Assembly (NCBI GenBank): GCA_951406725.2
Contig: OX597819.1
Span: 119,598,001 to 119,662,000 of the forward strand
DNA length: 64,000 bases
DNA from: Octopus vulgaris
Lineage: Eukaryota
Reading direction: 5' to 3'
The stretch's first letter is position 1. Each line of letters starts with the position of its first letter. Of this stretch, positions 56,722 to 64,000 are shown piece by piece. Below the pieces are notes generated by a model. It was not told the DNA's origin, did not search any database, and was given only the letters and a program-made list of their open reading frames with translations. A program made the position numbers and the translations under genes.

Positions 56722-57216
56722 ACAATCATAGTTGTCGACGAGAAGTCAGTTCCCCGCACAAATACATATACTTTTTCCAGTATCGACTGATACTGATATT
56801 GAAAATGTTTATAACTCGCTCTGAGATTTATCATTAATTATTTATTGTTTAATGAAAATTACACAAAGCAAATTTGAATCAATTTATATTCTAATAAACC
56901 ATAATTATTAAATATAATTTTGTACGTATATTTACATTTTACAGATATTGTTCTTTAAAATTAAACATGCAGTGAAGAAGAATGAAACGAATTCTTCTGT
57001 ATGTTGACTTTTTATCCAATTGTTAGTTTTACACCAATTGTTGATGAAATAATTTAACATCTGATAAACTTTCTTCTTACATAGTGAAACACACATATTT
57101 AATACTTTAATACGTTGCCACTAAGCTATGTTCGTTGAAGCAAATTCCATGGCAAAATAGTCATATATACTCCATATATATATACGTATGTATATATGCG
57201 TGATAGACAGATAAAT

Positions 57217-57249
<33 letters not shown>

Positions 57250-57264
57250 TATATATATACGCAG

Positions 57265-57318
<54 letters not shown>

Positions 57319-57319
57319 G

Positions 57320-58175
57320 TAACATCAAGTCCAAATATATATGACGTATTTCTGGTCTTAAAAGAACATTCTCATTGCGGTTTAACATGGAGAAAATTGT
57401 CGCTTTAGGAGGCCGGTGTCAAAACAGTCAGTTACTTGTATGCAAAGAAATGCATTTCTAAATATACTTAATTGTGAAATGTGAAGTTGCTCTCCGTTAT
57501 CAGTCTGCGTTATTCCATACTTTCTAAAATATTTTATATTCTATATCGAGGAATATACCGGTGTAAATAACGAGGAAATTAGTTATTGCCTTTTGTTTTT
57601 AGAAAACTAGTTTTATTCTAATATTTCAGATTTTAAAGAATCATGTACTCGGTGTCAATATATCTACAAACTAAATTTGTTTATGCATTTGTATATCCAC
57701 AGTACTTTGTAATTTGTTGCTTACAAATCTTATTCTGGGTAAAATTCCGTTGTCATTTACATACAGTTGTTTGATGCGGGTATTATTGAACAGAAATCAA
57801 TAACAGAAGCTTGAATAGCACAAAAGTAAGAATGTAGTAACATCAAAAATACTTAACTCTCTAATTTTTCCGACTGAATTTTTGTTGAAAATATCAGAAG
57901 CGTAGAAACAATATTTTGTTGTGTTTCGAAGAAATATTCTTTTTATCTAGTTTCCTATTACCAGAGGTATATTGAAGAATTATGTGCAATACTTTGGATC
58001 GGTTTAGTGCCAAATATTTTTCAGATATTTTGTATCTCTTAGAAATTAAATAACAATGTTTGGCTGGTTTGTCAGTTTTCTACATATTGCTTGTCAGTGT
58101 TATTTCTCTACTTTATATAAACCATGGGATACATATCGATCTTTACAAACTATCTCTGCTTCTGAAGTAATAAAC
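57320..58175 (+). pseudogene. Decayed GRL101-like 7TM (TM2-TM7 plus tail)
   Basis: TWRKLS (ECL1) and LRYQSALF (TM3 end). One frame reads RKLVIAFCF*KTSFILIFQIL..NISTN*ICL..LSFTYSCLMRV..SLIFPTEFL. A shifted frame reads LLPEVY*RIMCNTLDRFSAKYFSDILY (TM7). Confidence 0.6.
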
Positions 58176-58677
58176 TCATATTTTACTATGAAGATTTCTT
58201 GCATGAGACAGTGATCTGAGTGTTAAAATTTAGTACTATTACCTGCCATATACAGTAAGATCTAGTAATGTATCAGATTGTAGTGTTGTACGAAGCCTAT
58301 ATTTAAATTTGTAATTACTAATCGTTTAATTATATGATATAATTCCTAGTGTATATAAATTTCCTCCTCTTATCACAATTATTGCTTAAAAACACTTGAG
58401 ATTTGTGTTTTGCACTGTAATTTTCGGAATTAATTATAATTGAATTTAAAATATTCAGTAATCTAATTGTCCATAGAATATTTGAACGTGGTCCATTGTT
58501 TAACTATCAACGAAAATTTGTGCTGTTTTGAATGTTTGCCGTTCCCCTACCCAAACATAAACTTCTAACCTGACAGCAGAGCAATATCAACCCATATGTC
58601 CCCAATTTGTGTTGCATATATTTTTTGTGCACTTAAAAATTACAATCCTAAATGTTTTTAATGAAAGCGAAAGATAA

Positions 58678-59090
58678 GGCGCAGGAGTGGGTGTGTGGTA
58701 AGTAGCTTGTCTACCAACCACATGATTCCGGGTTCAGTCCCACTGCGTGGCACCTTCGGCAAGTATCTTCTACTATAGCCTCGGGCCGACCAAACCTTGT
58801 GAGTGGATTTGGTAGACGGAAACTGAAAGAAGCCCGTCGTATATATGTATATATATATATGCGTGTGTGTGTTTGTGTGTCTGTATTTGTCCCCCTAGCA
58901 TTGCTTGACAACCGATGCTGGTGTGTTTATGTCCCCGTTACTTAGCGATTCGGCAAAAGAGACTGATAAAATAAGTACTGGGCTTACAAAAGAATAAGTC
59001 CCAGGGTCGATTTGCTCGATTAAAGGCGGTGCTCCAGCATGGCCGCAGTCAAATGACTGAAACAAGTAAAAAGAGAAAAAAAGAGAAAAA
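58678..59090 (+). mobile_element. SINE (same family as 23085-23552), full length
   Basis: tRNA-like head, internal (TA)/(TG) tract and an A/G-rich tail. Confidence 0.9.
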
Positions 59091-59907
59091 GAGTATAATC
59101 AAGACCCACGCCATCAACACAACCCAGAATATTCGTATAGGCGTGGGAGTGACCGTGCATAGGTGCAGATGTGGCTGTGTGTTAAGCAGTTGGTTTCCCA
59201 CCCACGTGGTTTCGAGTTCTGTCCACTGCATCGCACCTACTATACACTCAGGCAGACCAAAAGTTTTGTGTGCGTGCGCGCGTTGTGTCTGTTTGCATTT
59301 GTATATGTGTCTCTGTGTGTGTGATGATTCCCCACCACCAATTGACCAGTGGTTTTGGTGTGTTTATCTCTTTGTTACCTAGCAGTTCGGCATCAGTGAT
59401 CTATACTATATGAACCAGGCTTGGAAAAAATAAGTACTGGCTGGACTAGTTTCATTAGAATAATGCAAGGTTATGCATCAACGTGCCCACAGTCTAATGA
59501 CTAACAAGCGTAAAAGGTAAACGAAACGCTGAAACGGACGTCAGTCAAAGAAAATCGCAAATATGAAATATGCAGTACTATATCTTTGCTTATAATATAT
59601 TTGGTATATTTTTCAGTTGTTTTACTTGTAATAAACGCAGACTGAGACAAGAATACCGATGTCACATTTGGAAATAAATTCGTCACTTTGCAAGTATAAC
59701 TAAGCAAGTAAAATTAAAACCACAAATTTCTTTAACTAGATTAAAGACCACTGTTCTACAAATAATTATGCAATTGCACTACATATGAATATAGAATTCG
59801 ACTAAAATCATTCCGTTTATATCAATTTTCCTATATATATATATATATCACCCGTGACTAGATTATTTTATGCGCGACTCCATTGTCTCCCGAGACAAAA
59901 AGGATGC

Positions 59908-59938
<31 letters not shown>

Positions 59939-60404
59939 GCATACATATATAAAGAGCGCGCGTTTAACCACATAGCCATAGCCGCACCTATCTATCCTTT
60001 CCATTGATATATATATATATATCATGTGATATTTCAGGTGCAGTCGAATTACGTTGCACCTAAGAAATTGTCTTTTCTAATATAGCCCTGGTCAATCAAA
60101 TGTAATGTGAGTGAAACTAGAAGACGGATCTTGTGCGGAAGATCTATATCCAAAAATATGTGTGCGTGTATATGTGTTTGTATGTATATGTTTATCACTC
60201 ATCTACTAATTGACAACAGATGTTGGTCTCTACATCCCTGCAACTTTAGGGTGTTCAAAAAAAAAAACCCCTGATATATAAGGAATTAAACTTTAAAAAG
60301 AATAAGTACCAATGTCTATCTGTTCTACTAAAAATCAGTCAATAAAGAGCCCCAGCATGGTCATAACCCAATGACTGAAGCAAGTAAAAAATAATGTACT
60401 GTAA

Positions 60405-61050
60405 AATCAATTTTTCCAAATAAATTCCAATGTAAATTTACCGTTTCTGATTTGATCGCCAGATATCCTGCTGATTGTATCGATATGACGCACTTTATTG
60501 AACTTACACAGAATCAAATTATGACAATAGACAGAAGAATTTAATAAAGAAATTGTAAAAAATTCAAACCATAGAGAATATAGACAAATGTCTCGTATTG
60601 AATAAATAAGAAATGAAATTTTGTCTGCTTTATATCTGAGTAAATAATCATCTCGTCTGGCAAAAACTGGAGTATATGTAGTAAGATATCGACGCACATA
60701 ACAAGAAAAATTCCAATCCGAGAAATACACAATGACTGTATTTTCATCCTAAAACATTATTTAAAAATAAAAATCCTGTATTCTCTCTATTGAGGGAACG
60801 AATCGAAGGTATTCATGGAACTTTGAAATACACAAATTTCAGAAACTTTATATATTATTCATTAACTGCATATAGAATTGTGCAACCTTCGTTTCACACG
60901 CGATATTTCTTTGTTATAGAAACGTATAGTTTTCTTTTATATAAGGTCTTGAAGTAGATATCTATTCTTTCCTGTAAAGCCGCATGGGAATATTTTAAAT
61001 CAGTTTAAAGTTTATTTACTCTAATACATGCATTCATCTAAATCTTTATT
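60405..61050 (-). pseudogene. Decayed GRL101-like 7TM remnant (TM4-TM5 recognisable)
   Basis: ORF 60541-60747: SRIGIFLVMCVDILLHILQFLPDEMII..FVYILYGLNFLQFLY (cf. the TM5 IFIGLNFLAF motif). Homologous to 47320-47920. Confidence 0.55.
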
Positions 61051-61063
61051 TATTATAATACAT

Positions 61064-62040
61064 ATACAGACATACCTTACCCTACGTCGTTAATTGTTTC
61101 CAGGAGACACAGCTTAAGTCGAATTAACGTATCTAGTGGTTTAGGTTAGGCCGAATTTACTTGTCTCTATTCTAGTCCATGCTGAATTTACTTGATTCTA
61201 GGCTAAATCAATAACAACCATTCCCAGCTGTGTACTTTATTTATGAATACATTTTCAATAATACATGGTTAATAAAACCTATTTTAAGCATAAAAATAAA
61301 TAATTCTTATTTTTTAATGCAATACAGTAAAGAAAAGTGTAATCTAAATTTACGAATAAAATTTCACGGTGTCTACAGTACATCGTGGACGCTTTATTTA
61401 TGAATGTGGTTTTACAATGACATAGTAAAATAAAAATAAACCTTTTTTTAAGCTTAAAAAACAAATTAAGTAATTATTATTATTTTGCAATAGCAAAATA
61501 AACTGAATTTACCAATAAGTAGATACAATTTGGTGGTTTAAATTGCGTGTGTAGATGGTTGTGAATCGTCAACATCAACTGCTGACTCTGGCTGTTCTTG
61601 TTCGATGCAGTTAAAAAACCGGTTGAGAGTTCTTCTTTTCCTCAAGAATTACACTATAACTCCCATAATCTTCGAAAAGCGTTGAGCATTTGGATCCATA
61701 TCCTTGAGCACAGAAAAAACCGTTTTCGATATATGCAAACGCTTACTGCATTTTCTTAATGGTAAATTCACGTGGCTCAGGTTCGACTGCCTCTTCTTCT
61801 TTATTTTGCTATTCCTGATGCCAAATCTCATCCTCGTTCGTCAGGGGCTGTTTGTCTTTTTCAAATTATTCTGTTAAATCCTCTTCCACCAAATCCATTT
61901 CCAGTTCTTTGCTCGTAGTCTCCAACGTTTTAAATCAAATGTAGATTTGACAGTTTTAATCCAGTCAGCGCTAATCTTCAGGCCGTGAAAAATATTCTTG
62001 AAGTTTCATTCACATTGCGTTTCTTGTTTGGTATCAATTC
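61064..62040 (-). mobile_element. Degraded Tigger/pogo-like DNA transposon
   Basis: ORF 61649-61831 ..VLKDMDPNAQRFSKI resembles the pogo/Tigger C-terminal DPN.ERS.KV motif. Terminal-like sequence tacag..cttaagtcgaattaacgta. Confidence 0.5.
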
Positions 62041-62076
62041 AATCTAATGCAGGTAGGATCGTGGTAAACCTTTGAA

Positions 62077-62187
<111 letters not shown>

Positions 62188-62189
62188 TC

Positions 62190-62760
62190 TGTGGAAACAA
62201 CACAGGAATGAACATATTGCATTTGTTTTAAAATTTCTTGATTCTTTTTCAGATTTGAAATAATTAACACCTGTTGCCAATGTATCTACAAACAAAATTT
62301 GTATATATCTATATATATATATTTGTAACTTTTATAATCCACGATTATACAATATGGCTAATTAACCATTTCTCTTCTAAAGGCAAATTATTTTATAAAT
62401 ATAATTGCAGTTTTCTATAATCCTTATAATTGCAAATTCGCCGAGTGATTTTATTTGTTAACATAGCAATTGTGCATTCAATTTGTTTCGTTTATTTATT
62501 GCATATTTACTAAATTTTATTTAATATTTTTTTTTTATACACGTGCCTCTTAGTAACATGATAAATATCTTTCAAATATAAATAAATTTCTGCAATACTA
62601 CACATTTTTAAAGTCTGTACTTTTGATCTTTACTTAATAAAATACAGTTCACACGTACATTTAATTTGGAAAAAATAACTAACTGGAAATATATTTATAA
62701 TCTTACCTGTTTGAAGGTACGGTGTGCGATCTGTCTCTTTATTTCATCCCAATATATCTG
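62190..62760 (+). pseudogene. Decayed GRL101-like 7TM remnant, paralogue of 51950-52500
   Basis: Colinear DNA blocks shared with 51980-52500: ttcagattt, tatctaca, ctaattaaccatttctc, aattcgccga, tttatttattgcatat and tacttaataaaata. Confidence 0.45.
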
Positions 62761-63039
62761 TGAAGCTTTACATAAAGCTTGGAAAATGTTTTAGTATAAC
62801 TAGTTGTAACTCTTCCATATGAATTTAGTAGGACATTAGATATTTATAGAAGCATCTGTCAAATATTTGCTTTAAAATATTTGACAGATACAGTCGAATG
62901 TCTAGAACCTTTGATAAACCTAATGAGATGCATCTAAATAATATTTATATTGCACAACAGTATTTGCTAATTGTCACCATGTTATCATATGTGTGAATAA
63001 GTTTTCTGTAATGAAGAATTCTTCCCTAACAAAGAACAT

Positions 63040-63700
63040 TTCAAGAAGTGAGGAGGTTTCGATAGCCACAGCTAAATCGCTTGTTCTCATTCTCAACTAT
63101 GGTAATGACCAAATTCATGCAATCAGCAAATGAGATGAGCAATATCCATGACAGTTCCCTAAGCATCAATAACAGGTTTATTTCAACATCGTCCCTCTCG
63201 ATGCTGCTTAGTGTAATTAATATACTCAAGTAGTGAAACTCTACTATAAAATTGTATTAGTTAACGACGTATAATAATATCTCAGCTGGATATTAACTCA
63301 AAATGTAACCGGGTATAATATAGCTCCGCAAGGTATTTTGTTCGGCTCCATAATGTCCCTGGAGCAATTCTACTATCCAATGACCTCTATAACATGGAAG
63401 GCAAATTTTACCCAATTTACTTGAATATTTATAATTTATAAACGTTAGATAGACATCCATTTTACTTTTATGTTTATATGATCAAATTTCTGTATTTAGA
63501 CAGGAGTGTAGGTAATAGCAGTGACCTTTCTCAGGACTCACAAGAGTAATAGGTGGAGAGGATGTTCTTCCCAATCTAAAGACCAGGTTTGAATATATAC
63601 AAGCAAGTAAATTTTGCTAATGTCACCCAACATGCCAAGTGGAGACGTGAAACTAGGTGTGGTATTATGCTTTCTGACCAAGAAGGTCCCTGTACTTGAT
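63040..63700 (-). mobile_element. Very old RTE-like LINE 3' remnant
   Basis: LDWEEHP (cf. ISW.EHP) and TLSSIERDDVEINLLLMLRELSW (cf. the C-terminal M.DR..W motif). Confidence 0.35.
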
Positions 63701-63744
63701 TAGAACTCATAAGTCAAGACGCATGAAATATATAATCATTTCTA

Positions 63745-64000
63745 CTCTAGGCACAAGACCCGAAATATTGGGGGAAGGGGTCACTCGATTAGATCAATCC
63801 CAGTATGCAACTGGTACATAATTTATAGATACCGAAATGATGAATGGCAAATTCGACCTCCGTGGAATTTGAAATCAGAGCGTTAAGACAGGCGAAATAC
63901 CTATTTCTTTACTGCCCATAAGGGCTACGCACAGAGGGGACAAACAAGGGCAGACAAACGGATTAAATCGATTATATCGACCCCAGTGAGTAACTGGTAC
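63745..64000 (-). mobile_element. Two adjacent SINE copies (5185-5409 family), the second truncated by the window edge
   Basis: Family match. Confidence 0.85.

Overview
AT-rich animal genomic DNA, very rich in repeats and microsatellites. The SINE families, R4/Dong, RTE and Penelope elements and the (TA)n load point to a coleoid cephalopod, most likely Octopus (inference). I found no intact host gene. Most ORFs in the supplied track are microsatellite read-through or transposon fragments. Transposons I can support: L1/Tx1, R4/Dong (x2), RTE and Penelope (RT + GIY-YIG) retroelements; mariner and Tigger remnants; a non-autonomous Helitron; a GG-terminal MITE family with 8-bp TSDs that carries (TTAGGG)n; and many tRNA-derived SINEs. 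The main hidden signal is in the apparently unique DNA between repeats. Manual translation through stops and frameshifts repeatedly gives LRR, hinge and 7TM motifs in the order expected for GRL101-like (LRR-containing, LGR-type) GPCRs. This suggests about 12-14 decayed, apparently intronless receptor paralogues on both strands, seven of which (44-63 kb) are also visibly homologous to one or more others as DNA. A second signal is a set of about 8 minimal type I hammerhead ribozyme motifs in Penelope-related or unclassified repeats. All protein assignments were made by eye and need HMM/tBLASTn confirmation. Most coordinates are approximate.
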